In this document: in pieces, positions 29,458 through 38,231 of the stretch
How positions within the stretch are numbered: position 1 is the first letter of the stretch
Layout: each line of letters opens with the position of its first letter
Origin: a virus
Lineage: Duplodnaviria; Caudoviricetes
DNA length: 64,000 nt
IMG/VR virus record: IMGVR_UViG_638276462_000001
Location: 6,655 to 70,654 of that record
Strand: one strand, 5' to 3'
The notes under the pieces: generated by a model
Told to the model about the DNA's origin: nothing
The model's input: the letters and a program-made list of their open reading frames with translations, nothing else
Databases searched by the model: none
Position numbers and translations under genes: made by a program

Positions 29458-29768
29458 TGGCCGCGCACAACTGGCGGGCGCTGCGCACCAAGGCCCTGGA
29501 GAACGGGCACAGCGACATGATGGCCTGGCCGAACATGCACGTGGTGCTCGACGCGATGGAGCAGCTGGGCCTGGAGTCGGCGGTGGCCGGTGCCAAGACG
29601 CAGGTCGAGGCCAAGACCGAGATGACCCGCTACTACGACAAGCTCTACAAGCCCGACATCACCGCCATGGTGATCAACGGCGACGGGTACCTGCCGCCCC
29701 CGCCGGGGTTCAGCGACGAGGAGATGGAAGCGTCGTTCGATGCGTTCTTGTCGAGCGGGACGAGGTAG
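29427..29768 (+). CDS. T-like ORF in -1 frame; probable G'T frameshift extension (alternative start ATG 29457)
   Basis: CCCTAC junction, codon-usage switch, 12-bp hairpin at 29436-29464. Confidence 0.65.
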   Translation, partial: PYTAVINLALMAAHNWRALRTKALENGHSDMMAWPNMHVVLDAMEQLGLESAVAGAKTQVEAKTEMTRYYDKLYKPDITAMVINGDGYLPPPPGFSDEEMEASFDAFLSSGTR

Positions 29769-29786
29769 GCCAGCTATCCTGCACCC

Positions 29787-30206
29787 ATGGCAACTACGGC
29801 GGTGCTGTTCGACACAGCTGCACCCGCCGGTTCCAAGCTGGACCCCGCTGTCGCCGCCGAGGTCGCGGCAGTAGCGCCGGGCAACCTGGAGCCCGGCGAG
29901 GTCGACACCCTTCACCTGGCCGACGAGTCGGTCACCACGCCCAAGATCGCGCCGGGTGCCGTAGGTAGCCCCCAGATCGCCACTGGCGGCGTAGAAGCGG
30001 TAAACCTTGCCGGGGGCTCGGTGGGCACCGCTGCGCTCGCTGGCGGGGCTGTGACAGCCGAAAAAACAGGGACTGGCGTCGTCACCGCCTACGACGCCGC
30101 CGGTAACCCGGTGCCACGCCGCGAGGTCGAGCTGACGAACGCGCAGTACCAGGCGCTGGTCACGGCGGGCACCGTCGACCCGAACACGCGGTACTTCGTC
30201 AGCTGA
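29787..30206 (+). CDS. Short fibre/adaptor protein
   Basis: Repeats of V.T.KIA.GAV type; C-terminal LTNAQYQAL...DPNTRYF; ATG 6 nt after TATCCT. Confidence 0.7.
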   Translation: MATTAVLFDTAAPAGSKLDPAVAAEVAAVAPGNLEPGEVDTLHLADESVTTPKIAPGAVGSPQIATGGVEAVNLAGGSVGTAALAGGAVTAEKTGTGVVTAYDAAGNPVPRREVELTNAQYQALVTAGTVDPNTRYFVS

Positions 30207-31342
30207 TGCCGATCTACCAGGGTGCGGCGAACCATCCGGCGTTCAGCAAGTGCTACGTCGGCACACAGCGGTACCGCAAAATCTACGACGGCACCAGCCT
30301 GGTCTGGTCGGACACCCTGATCCACGACGGGTTCGACTGGGACGGCTGGCTCCAGGGGTGGATCAACGAGCTGTGTGCGGCCGACGACCTGGGCGAACTG
30401 ATCAGCGACGGCTACGGCATGATCGTGGACGGGCTGGGCAACGTGGTCGGATCCACGGTGGCCTACATCCAGGACGGCGTAAACGAGACCGGCAAGCTGG
30501 TGGCCAACGCGGGCACCAGCCTGGTCGACGCCTACTGCGGCGCGTGGGGCGGCAGCGCACCGCCGGACGGGCTCATCGGCCTGGTGAACGGCATCCCGAT
30601 CATCGGCGGCATCCTGGCTGACTGGCTGGCCGGTGACATCGACATCGAAAGCATCATCGGCAGCCTGCCGGTCATCGGCAATATCGCCAAGCAGATCGGT
30701 CTGCTGCCCGACAGCGCCGGGCACCTGCTGGACCCGCTGAACTACGTGATTGACGAGCTGGGCAACGTGGTCGGGACGATCACCTGCGGCAAGTACACCA
30801 ACATCGGCGGCGGCATCGGGGAGAACATCTGCTACGTCATCGGCGTGGTGGAGCAGGCGGCGCGCATGTTGGTGCCCGACGGGCTCATGTCGCTGGACCG
30901 GCAGGTCAGCCAGGTGCGGCATCCCACGGTGCTCACCACCGACGACGGCTGGCTGGAGACGCAGATCGCCAACGTGGGTAGCCCTGGCTTCGCCACGCAG
31001 CTGTTCCGGCGCTACGCCAACGACGGCACCGGGGCGCGCGGCGTCGGCATGGACCTGCGCGACAGCATGGTGTCGATCGTGCGCAAGGTCGGCGGTACGG
31101 AAACGATGGTCGCGCCCAACCTGGCGCGCTTCACCGAGGGCGACGTGCTGCACCTGGACCAGGCCGGTAACACTCACACGCTGCTGCTCAACGGCACCGA
31201 CGTGGGCGTCTGGCCCGACGTGGGCGGCACGGCAGCGTCAGGCTCCGCGAACCGCTCGGTGGGGATGATCATGGAAGGTGCCAAGGAGTTCCTTGGCTCG
31301 CGTCGGTTCAGCCCGGCGCTGAATTACCTTGACGCTGGCTAG
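30206..31342 (+). CDS. Minor tail / receptor-binding protein
   Basis: TGATG overlap; N-terminal KCYVGT...KIYDGTSLVWS; C-terminal beta-sandwich-like region. Confidence 0.75.
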   Translation: MPIYQGAANHPAFSKCYVGTQRYRKIYDGTSLVWSDTLIHDGFDWDGWLQGWINELCAADDLGELISDGYGMIVDGLGNVVGSTVAYIQDGVNETGKLVANAGTSLVDAYCGAWGGSAPPDGLIGLVNGIPIIGGILADWLAGDIDIESIIGSLPVIGNIAKQIGLLPDSAGHLLDPLNYVIDELGNVVGTITCGKYTNIGGGIGENICYVIGVVEQAARMLVPDGLMSLDRQVSQVRHPTVLTTDDGWLETQIANVGSPGFATQLFRRYANDGTGARGVGMDLRDSMVSIVRKVGGTETMVAPNLARFTEGDVLHLDQAGNTHTLLLNGTDVGVWPDVGGTAASGSANRSVGMIMEGAKEFLGSRRFSPALNYLDAG

Positions 31343-31522
31343 TTCTCGATTGTCGCGGTAGCGCAGCCACGACCAGCCCCCGATCAGCGCCGCGCCAATG
31401 GCGGCGCTGATGCCGGGGTGCGGGTTCGTGTTGAAGAACGACGCAGCGAGCAGCAGCACACCTGTTCCACCCATGAGGGCGACAGTAACGGGTCGGCTGC
31501 ACCGCCGCGCGTGGCGCGTCAT
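31238..31522 (-). CDS. Small membrane protein
   Basis: TAATG overlap; two TM segments; 3' end overlaps the convergent gene by ~105 nt. Confidence 0.5.
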   Translation of the reverse strand: MTRHARRCSRPVTVALMGGTGVLLLAASFFNTNPHPGISAAIGAALIGGWSWLRYRDNRELASVKVIQRRAEPTRAKELLGTFHDHPHRAVRGA

Positions 31523-31728
31523 TACCGACCGCCCCACCAGCCACGGCCGGGGCGCTCGGCGTGCCAAGCGTCGATGGTCTCCGGCAGCCAGCCCTTGTGA
31601 CGGCCCACCTCCACATCATGCGGCGGCAGGTCGATACCGGACAAGCTGCGGACGGACTTCATGCCCAGGCGCTTGGCCACGTCCTGGCGGCTAAGGTACT
31701 TCTGCACCTGGCGCTCGGTGGTGGTCAC
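31522..31728 (-). CDS. AlpA/excisionase/MerR-like HTH protein
   Basis: YLSRQDVAKRLGMK...GWLPETIDAW. Confidence 0.8.
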   Translation of the reverse strand: MTTTERQVQKYLSRQDVAKRLGMKSVRSLSGIDLPPHDVEVGRHKGWLPETIDAWHAERPGRGWWGGR

Positions 31729-32153
31729 CTGATGCTCCTTTCACGGGCGGTGGAGTTCCCCGACATCGTAAGGTCAATACGAGGCAGCGTGGGGTCACCG
31801 GCAACGATCACGGCGGCGCGTCCGGCCACCAAACGCTCCCACTCCCACTGACCGCCTGTCTCCACAGCAATGTTGACGTGCCGGTCGGGGTCGGCCTCGG
31901 CGGCTTCGATCACGCGGGCAACGTTGTCATCGAACTCGTCAACCAGGTTCTCCACGGCGGTGAGCATCCCCGGCGGGCACTTGTCCGCGCCGCTCTCGAT
32001 GCGCTGGTAGTCGCGCCGTGGCTTGCCCAGCTTGAGCGCCATGCTGCGCTGGTCCAGCCCGATGTACAGCCGGAAGTTCCTGATCAGCTCGCCCAGCCCG
32101 TAGACGTGCTCCGTGGGCTGCGGGGCTGCGGGCAGCTCGGTAACGGTGGTCAT
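31725..32153 (-). CDS. XRE-family HTH protein
   Basis: LGELIRNFRLYIGLDQRSMALKLG...YQRIESG; SD AAAGGA. Confidence 0.8.
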   Translation of the reverse strand: MTTVTELPAAPQPTEHVYGLGELIRNFRLYIGLDQRSMALKLGKPRRDYQRIESGADKCPPGMLTAVENLVDEFDDNVARVIEAAEADPDRHVNIAVETGGQWEWERLVAGRAAVIVAGDPTLPRIDLTMSGNSTARERSIR

Positions 32154-32173
32154 CTGTGTGTCCTTTCGTGGTG

Positions 32174-32208
32174 CCGACCCCGGCACCGAGGGGCGGTGCC
32201 GGGGTCGG
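32174..32208. other. Perfect 15-bp GC hairpin without U-tract
   Basis: CCGACCCCGGCACCG-AGGGG-CGGTGCCGGGGTCGG. Confidence 0.75.
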
Positions 32209-32223
32209 GTAGGTGGCTGGTGG

Positions 32224-32961
32224 TCACCATCCGGCCTTGGCGGCGCAGACGGGGCCGATGCCGCGTGCGCGGCTGTCGTCGTTGGTGAGCTGGCGACCGC
32301 AGATACCGCACTCGCCAATTTCGTGGCCGTAGCGGGCGCTGGCTGCCTCGGCACCGACGGCGGCGATGCGGGCCAGGATCGCCCGGCCCTGCTTCATGCT
32401 CAGCTTCTGCTCGTCGCTGCCGATGATCTGCTTGACGAACACGTAGCCCGCCCAGCGGCCGGTCTCGGGGCGGTCGACCTTGTAGAACGCGGTGCCGTTG
32501 ACCGCGTGCACCTGCGTGTCGATGGCGTAGCGCCCGGCGGGCACCTCCACGGTGGCGTCCTCGTAGCGGCGGTCGTCAATGCGCACGTTGGCCTTGGTGG
32601 GCAGGGCCTTGAGCCATTGGATCAGGTTGGTTGCGCCGTGCTTGTACAGCGGTGCCCAGGCGTAGGCGTGCTCGCGGCTGATGCCGTCCGCGCCGTGCGC
32701 CAGCACCTGGTTCAGGCGCTCGCCCAGGGTGCTGCCGGTGGCCACGTCCTCCAGATTGGCGGCGAAGAAACGGGCCTCGTCGGTGAGGATGTCGAGCATG
32801 GTTGCCAGGCTGGCCACGCGGGCGACGAACTTGTCCTGGCCCTGCACGCTGGACCAGTCGCGGGCGCGGATCAGGTCTTGGATGAACGACAGCTGGTTCT
32901 CGGTGGCCGGGGCGGTGATGGTGCTGGCCGGGGCGGCTGCGGTGGCGAACGGTGAACCCAT
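32224..32961 (-). CDS. Hypothetical protein with C-terminal DUF6011-like Zn motif
   Basis: CGICGRQLTNDDSRARGIGPVC; SD AAGGAG after repeat cassette. Confidence 0.8.
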   Translation of the reverse strand: MGSPFATAAAPASTITAPATENQLSFIQDLIRARDWSSVQGQDKFVARVASLATMLDILTDEARFFAANLEDVATGSTLGERLNQVLAHGADGISREHAYAWAPLYKHGATNLIQWLKALPTKANVRIDDRRYEDATVEVPAGRYAIDTQVHAVNGTAFYKVDRPETGRWAGYVFVKQIIGSDEQKLSMKQGRAILARIAAVGAEAASARYGHEIGECGICGRQLTNDDSRARGIGPVCAAKAGW

Positions 32962-32982
32962 GATGTACTCCTTGGTCGCGGC

Positions 32983-33043
32983 GGCGGGGCTGTCCCGCCT
33001 GGCTGATACGTACACACTAACCCGCCTTAGTCGGGTAAGTCAA
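32983..33043 (-). repeat. Promoter-operator-hairpin cassette, copy 2
   Basis: TTGACT-TACCCGACTAAGGCGGGT-TAGTGT...GGCGGG ACAGC CCCGCC. Confidence 0.9.
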
Positions 33044-33089
33044 CCCCGACATTAACGGGCATGTCACGCGGACGGTCTACCATCGCCCC

Positions 33090-34802
33090 GTGAGCTTCAT
33101 CCGGTCGAAATTCGCACCCCGTGCCCTGCTGACCGTCGACCAGTGGATCGCCATTTTCGCCGCCGTAGCCGACGAGCTGGACATGCCGGACAAGCGCGGC
33201 GCGGTGATCTGCGCCGCCATGTGCGCCTTCCAGGAGGCCGGTGCCGATCTGGAGGACGGCAACGGGCGGCAAATCTGGATCCCTGGCAACATGGCCGACC
33301 CGTGCTACGCCGACGACCCCGACGCCTACCCGCACGACAGCGAAGGCGACGACGGGCAGTCCACCGGCCCGTTCCAGCAGCAGATGAACGAGCCGGGGAA
33401 AGCGCCCTGGGGCTGGGGCGGCAACTATGGCGACTGCGCCGGTACCCGCAAGCGCATGGACCCGTGGGACAGCACGCGCATGTTCTTCGGCTGGCCGGGC
33501 AGCGGGCTCAAGGCCAAGGGCTACGACGCCAGCAGCGCCCAGGCAGCCAACGACAGCATTCAGCGGGTGCAGGGCAGCGGCGTGCCGTGGGCTTATGCGC
33601 AGTGGTGGGGCTTGGCGAACGCCGCCTATGACCGGTACCTGGGCAACCCGATCCCGGCACCGCCCAGCCCCGGCGGTGGCAGTGGCCCAGCTCCGGCGCT
33701 GGTGCCGAACCCGGCCTGGCGTGGCGACCCGCTGTTCCTGCCCCAGGTGCTGCGGGCCTTCGGCGTGAACGTGAGCACCTACACCGACGCCGACGGCATC
33801 CGGTGGGACCAGCGCGGGCATGGCGACTTCGGGAAAATCTCGTGGGTGCTATGGCACCACACGGGCAGCGTCAACGAGACGGACGAGGGCATCGCGCATC
33901 ACCCGGCGCTCGGGCTGGCCGCGAACATGCTCATCCACCCCGACGGGCACGTGGTGCTCACCGGCAGCGGCATCGCCTGGCACGGCGGCATCGGCATCTA
34001 TCCCGGCATCCCCGAGGACGGCATCAACCAGGTCAGCATCGGTATCGAGTGCAGCTACGGGCCGGATGAGAACGGCCAGTACACCCTGCCCTGGCCTACC
34101 GCGCAGATGAACGCCATGATCGCCGTGGGCGCAGCCATCAGCTGGTTCCTGGGCGACACGCTGCCCGTCGACCACCAGATCAGTCACAAGGCGTGGGCGG
34201 GCGCAGATAACCCGCTCGGCATCAATAAGCAGGGCAAGCCGGACCCCGGCAACCTGGACATGAACTGGTTCCGTGCGCAGATCGCAGCGCGCACGGCCCT
34301 TGGCCCCACAACCGGAGGAGATGACTGGATGGCCGACCCCACCGCGCTGGAACTGCTGCGCGACATTCACCGCGAGACCGTGACGCAGAAGTCCCCGAGC
34401 CGGTCGTTCATGGCCGAGGACGGCAAGCTGATCGACAGCCCGCTGGGCATCGAGTGGAACACCGACGGCAATGCCTGGACCCTGGTACTCACCGAGGGGT
34501 ATTGGAACGACGTGCCGCTGGCCATCGCCGTGGTCGAGGACATCGCCGCCAACGGCGTGCGGCAGACCAGCTGGGCGGGCAGCGCCGACAAGGACAGTGC
34601 CGTCAAGTTCAACCAGTGGCTCCGCGACTTCGGCCAGGCGTATTGCCAGGGCCTGGTTCGGCGTAAGGCGCAGTGGAACGCTCTGGTGGCTGCCGTGGCC
34701 AGCCTGAGCGCTGCGCAGGCGGCAGGGGCCACCACAGCCGTGAAAGCGGCACCACGCAAGCGCGCCGCGAAGAAGGCCCCCGCGCCCAAGGACGCAGAAT
34801 GA
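33090..34802 (+). CDS. lysA: Lysin A (lysozyme-like N-terminal domain, Amidase_2, C-terminal domain)
   Basis: STGPFQQ..WG..RMDP..QRVQGS; WHHTG..AWHGG..GIEC..HK..DPG; GTG 6 nt after TACCAT. Confidence 0.9.
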   Translation: MSFIRSKFAPRALLTVDQWIAIFAAVADELDMPDKRGAVICAAMCAFQEAGADLEDGNGRQIWIPGNMADPCYADDPDAYPHDSEGDDGQSTGPFQQQMNEPGKAPWGWGGNYGDCAGTRKRMDPWDSTRMFFGWPGSGLKAKGYDASSAQAANDSIQRVQGSGVPWAYAQWWGLANAAYDRYLGNPIPAPPSPGGGSGPAPALVPNPAWRGDPLFLPQVLRAFGVNVSTYTDADGIRWDQRGHGDFGKISWVLWHHTGSVNETDEGIAHHPALGLAANMLIHPDGHVVLTGSGIAWHGGIGIYPGIPEDGINQVSIGIECSYGPDENGQYTLPWPTAQMNAMIAVGAAISWFLGDTLPVDHQISHKAWAGADNPLGINKQGKPDPGNLDMNWFRAQIAARTALGPTTGGDDWMADPTALELLRDIHRETVTQKSPSRSFMAEDGKLIDSPLGIEWNTDGNAWTLVLTEGYWNDVPLAIAVVEDIAANGVRQTSWAGSADKDSAVKFNQWLRDFGQAYCQGLVRRKAQWNALVAAVASLSAAQAAGATTAVKAAPRKRAAKKAPAPKDAE

Positions 34803-36145
34803 CCGCCCCGGCCCCAGCCTGGCACCCGCCGAACTCCGTCGGTGACGTTGACCCGAACATCGTGCTGGCGAAGCAGAAGCTGGCCAGGTACAGCTACGGC
34901 AAGCCCGCCAACGACGGCACCCCGGTGTACACCGCCGAGTTCGGCATGGCGCTGGCCGAATACCAGCGCCGCCGCAATGTCGAAATTGATCAGGGCAAGT
35001 ACCCCGGCCCCAAGATGACAGCGCCCGGCACGCTGGACTACAACACCAAGGTTCAGCTGGAGATTGTGCCGCGCGCTGGCGGCGGCGCGAACCCACCACC
35101 GGCCACCATCATCACCGACGTGCATTTCCTGTCCAGCCCTGGCAGCGGCGCGGACTGGTGGGTCGGCCCCAGCTTCGAGGTCGGCGAATGGCTCAAGAAC
35201 AACGCGGGCGTCCGGCACTGGCCGCTCGGGTATCCCAAGGGCGGTTACCTGGGGCTGATGGGCGGCGACAGCGCCCAGAGCTACCTGGACACCATCGCGC
35301 TGGAGGGCGCGGAGCTGGAACGCCGCATCCGTGAGGACATCCTGCCGCTGTACGGCATCAAGCTGGCCCCCGGTGAGGCCATCAGCATGGAGGACACCGA
35401 CCAGCTTCCGGCCGGGTTCAAGCTGATCCTGTCCGGCTACAGCCAGAGCGCCGACGGCATCATCCGCGCAGCGGAGCGCCTGTTCGGTGACGGCGGCGTG
35501 TTCGTGGCGCTGCGCCGGTTCGTGAAGGGCATCCTGGTGTTCGGCAACCCTGCCCGGCAGGGCGGTGCCACCAGGTACGGACGCAGCCCGCGCGGCAAGG
35601 GCATCAGCGGCTACGTGGCCCCGAGCTGGCTGGCGGCGCTGATCATCGACGTGGTGACCGAGACGCCCACCGCGCCGGACTTCTACGCCTGCAATGTCAG
35701 CCCCATTGCCACGGCGGTCTACGAGGTGGTTATCCACGCCGAGACCGAGCTGCCGTTCGTGGTGTACCTGGCCCAGCTGGCTATCCCGGCCATCCTGAAC
35801 CTGGTCAGCGGCGGCATCTTCGGCATGGGGACCGGTGGTGCGGGCATCGGCGGGCTGCTGGGCAGCGCGGCCACCGTGCCAATCCTGGCCGGGCTCACCG
35901 GCATGAGCGGTACGCAGCTGGTGCCGTTCGTCAACATGGCCCAGCAGGGCGACGATGCGCTGCTCCAGCCGCTGCGGGACGCGCTCACGCCGACCGGCCT
36001 GCTGCTGAGCCTGCCGCAGCTCATCGGCCTGCTGCTGGCGCTGCCCGGCATCCAGACACATGGGGAGTACCACCTGCCCAAGCCGGAGTTCGGCGGGCGC
36101 ACGGGCATCCAGGTGGGAATCGACCTGGTCAGGCCACTGCTGTAA
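34799..36145 (+). CDS. lysB: Lysin B (cutinase-like esterase)
   Basis: ATGA overlap; GYSQSA nucleophile motif, FGNPARQ, D..Y, HGEYH. Confidence 0.9.
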   Translation: MTAPAPAWHPPNSVGDVDPNIVLAKQKLARYSYGKPANDGTPVYTAEFGMALAEYQRRRNVEIDQGKYPGPKMTAPGTLDYNTKVQLEIVPRAGGGANPPPATIITDVHFLSSPGSGADWWVGPSFEVGEWLKNNAGVRHWPLGYPKGGYLGLMGGDSAQSYLDTIALEGAELERRIREDILPLYGIKLAPGEAISMEDTDQLPAGFKLILSGYSQSADGIIRAAERLFGDGGVFVALRRFVKGILVFGNPARQGGATRYGRSPRGKGISGYVAPSWLAALIIDVVTETPTAPDFYACNVSPIATAVYEVVIHAETELPFVVYLAQLAIPAILNLVSGGIFGMGTGGAGIGGLLGSAATVPILAGLTGMSGTQLVPFVNMAQQGDDALLQPLRDALTPTGLLLSLPQLIGLLLALPGIQTHGEYHLPKPEFGGRTGIQVGIDLVRPLL

Positions 36146-36184
36146 CCTGCGCATAGCGGCTCTCGTGGTTGTGGGTCCAGCGGG

Positions 36185-36226
36185 CGAAGCCCCGACACCT
36201 GGGGAAGGTGCCGGGGCTTCGTTTCG
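36185..36226 (+). terminator. Intrinsic terminator between convergent operons
   Basis: CGAAGCCCCG-A-CACCT-GGGGA-AGGTG-C-CGGGGCTTCG-TTTCG. Confidence 0.8.
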
Positions 36227-36233
36227 TACGGGA

Positions 36234-36848
36234 CTAGCTGGAGATGGACTTGCGCCACTCCTGGTAGAGCGCCTTGTCCTCGTCGGACCCGGCAGCCAGG
36301 ATGTACGGCGCGGACTGGTTGGGCTTCTTGTTGCCCTTCACGATCCGGCCCAGCAGCCAGGCGGTGCCCTTGTCGAGCGCCCGCTTACCCTCGCGGACCA
36401 GCGCCTTGTTGAAGATCATCACGTCGTCCAGCCGCTCGCCCACCTCGTAGGGCTCGCAGGTCTCGACCTCGCCGTCACGGTTGAGGAAGGCGTACCCCTC
36501 GTCCGTGGCAACGGTGACGTTGGCGTTCGGCGTGCCCGCCTCCGGCAACGTCAGCGGGATGATGTCGGCGCGGATGAACTCCTGCTCCTCGTCCTTCTTG
36601 GAGACGCTGGTGCTCATGCTGCCGTGCTCGGTCGGGTGCATGAGGACGAGCTGGCCCAGGAAGAACGCGGGCTTGTAACCGCTGATGCCCGTGGGGTCGC
36701 TGGCGGCGAACGGGTCGCCCTTGCCCAGCGTGGTGGCCTCACCGACGTTGGCCACGTCGTCGGGGCCGGGCAGCGGTGCCTTCTCGGCGGCTGCGGCGGG
36801 CTTGGCGGCGGTGGCGGTGCCACCCTTCTTATCAAACGGGCTGGGCAT
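36234..36848 (-). CDS. Hypothetical protein, possibly ssDNA-binding/annealing
   Basis: SD AAGGAG; next to exonuclease; LGRIVKG.KK..QSAPYIL. Confidence 0.6.
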   Translation of the reverse strand: MPSPFDKKGGTATAAKPAAAAEKAPLPGPDDVANVGEATTLGKGDPFAASDPTGISGYKPAFFLGQLVLMHPTEHGSMSTSVSKKDEEQEFIRADIIPLTLPEAGTPNANVTVATDEGYAFLNRDGEVETCEPYEVGERLDDVMIFNKALVREGKRALDKGTAWLLGRIVKGNKKPNQSAPYILAAGSDEDKALYQEWRKSISS

Positions 36849-36881
36849 GTTGGTGCTCCTTGGTGTTGGTGTAGTGATGGG

Positions 36882-38231
36882 TTACAGCAGTCCGGCGATG
36901 GTCTCGGCGAACTCCCCCAGGTCGTCGTCCCAGACGTCCTGGTAGGTCTCATAGACAGCCTGGCCCTCTTCCAGGCTGGCAATCTCGCTCAGCGCCAGGC
37001 GCGCGGTGGCGTAGCGCACCGCCTCCTTGCTGGGCACGGGTACAGCGTGCTGGGGTACCAGCTTCTCGGCCTCCTTGCGGCGGCGGCGGGTGTCCAGGCT
37101 GGCCACCATGGTCTCCGCACCCCAGGTGAGGTCGATGGTGATGGCGGCGGCGCGCTCGGGCTGGTTGGACGGCACGTGCAGCAGGATGGCGAAGTCGTCG
37201 CGCATGTCGGGCATGGGCTCCCAGCTCTTGCCGTCGACCGCGAGAATCTTGGTGGCCCAGCCGTACACGCCGCCCACCTGCACGCCGAACGGCAGCCAGC
37301 TGTACTCCAGGCTCTTGCTGGTTTTCACGTCGCCCAGCACCAGCTCCCCGGTGGTGACCAGCTTGAAAATCCGGTCGATCTTGCCCGCCACCGGCTCCTC
37401 GCCACGGTCGTTGAGCACGGTGCGCTCGACGTACTCGGGCAGCGCCACGATGCCCCGGTGGGCCATCACCTTGCGGGCGTAGTGGACGTGTGGCCGCACT
37501 ACCTCGGGCACCTGGTGCAGCAGCACCAGCCCGCAGTCCAGGGCCTCCAGCCAGGCGTGAGCGCATTCGCCCAGCTCGCGGGCGTCGGCCCCGCCCATGC
37601 AATTGTCGATGGTCTCCAGCACGGCGTCCACGCGGGTGACCTTGGGCTGGTTCATGGCCTCGTCCAGCAGGCCGATGAGGTCTCGGGCGGTGACCTTCTC
37701 GGGGCTACCGTCGTCGTAGATCACGGTGGCCGGGTCCATGCGCAGCAGCGCCACGATGCGCTTGACGGTCTCGCGGGTGCTCCACTTGTTCAGCCCGTAG
37801 GTGTCGTCCAGCGTCTTGGCAACGGTGGTGGCGCGCGGGTAGCCGGTGGGCCTGCCGGTGCTGGGGCTGGGCAGCTGGTACCAGCCCCATCCGTTGAACG
37901 TGCTCTCGGCGCGCGGCGGGGCAGGCGGGAGCGGATAGTGCATCCACTGCGTGACGCGCTGCGTGGTGATCAGCTCCCCCTCGGCGTCAATCTCTGTGGG
38001 GCCTGTACGACGCGCCATGGGCTTCTCCTCGGTTGGTGGTGTGGTTGTGTCGGCCGGGGCCTGTTCGTGCGTCTGTGGGGCAGCCAGCGGGGCAGGCGCG
38101 TCGGCTGCGCGGTAGTCGGGATGGGCCTGGGCCAGGTCGCTGGTCCACCCGTCCCCGGTCTCGCCCCGGTACCAGGTGGTGCCGTTGGTGTCGGTGCGTG
38201 CCGGGTACTGCCGGGCCATGCTCTGGGGCAT
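36882..38231 (-). CDS. PD-(D/E)xK exonuclease (RecE/Cas4-like); second start at 38018
   Basis: ELGECAH...YVE...AGKIDRI...GDVKTS...QVGGVY. Confidence 0.8.
   Translation of the reverse strand: MPQSMARQYPARTDTNGTTWYRGETGDGWTSDLAQAHPDYRAADAPAPLAAPQTHEQAPADTTTPPTEEKPMARRTGPTEIDAEGELITTQRVTQWMHYPLPPAPPRAESTFNGWGWYQLPSPSTGRPTGYPRATTVAKTLDDTYGLNKWSTRETVKRIVALLRMDPATVIYDDGSPEKVTARDLIGLLDEAMNQPKVTRVDAVLETIDNCMGGADARELGECAHAWLEALDCGLVLLHQVPEVVRPHVHYARKVMAHRGIVALPEYVERTVLNDRGEEPVAGKIDRIFKLVTTGELVLGDVKTSKSLEYSWLPFGVQVGGVYGWATKILAVDGKSWEPMPDMRDDFAILLHVPSNQPERAAAITIDLTWGAETMVASLDTRRRRKEAEKLVPQHAVPVPSKEAVRYATARLALSEIASLEEGQAVYETYQDVWDDDLGEFAETIAGLL

Noticed and set aside
30059-30067. GAAAAAAC as a slippery site
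   Set aside because: A-AAA-AAC is out of phase with the reading frame (GAA AAA ACA)
35435-35452. GYSQS instead of GYSQG as inactive lysin B
   Set aside because: Nucleophile Ser and downstream Asp/His candidates are retained
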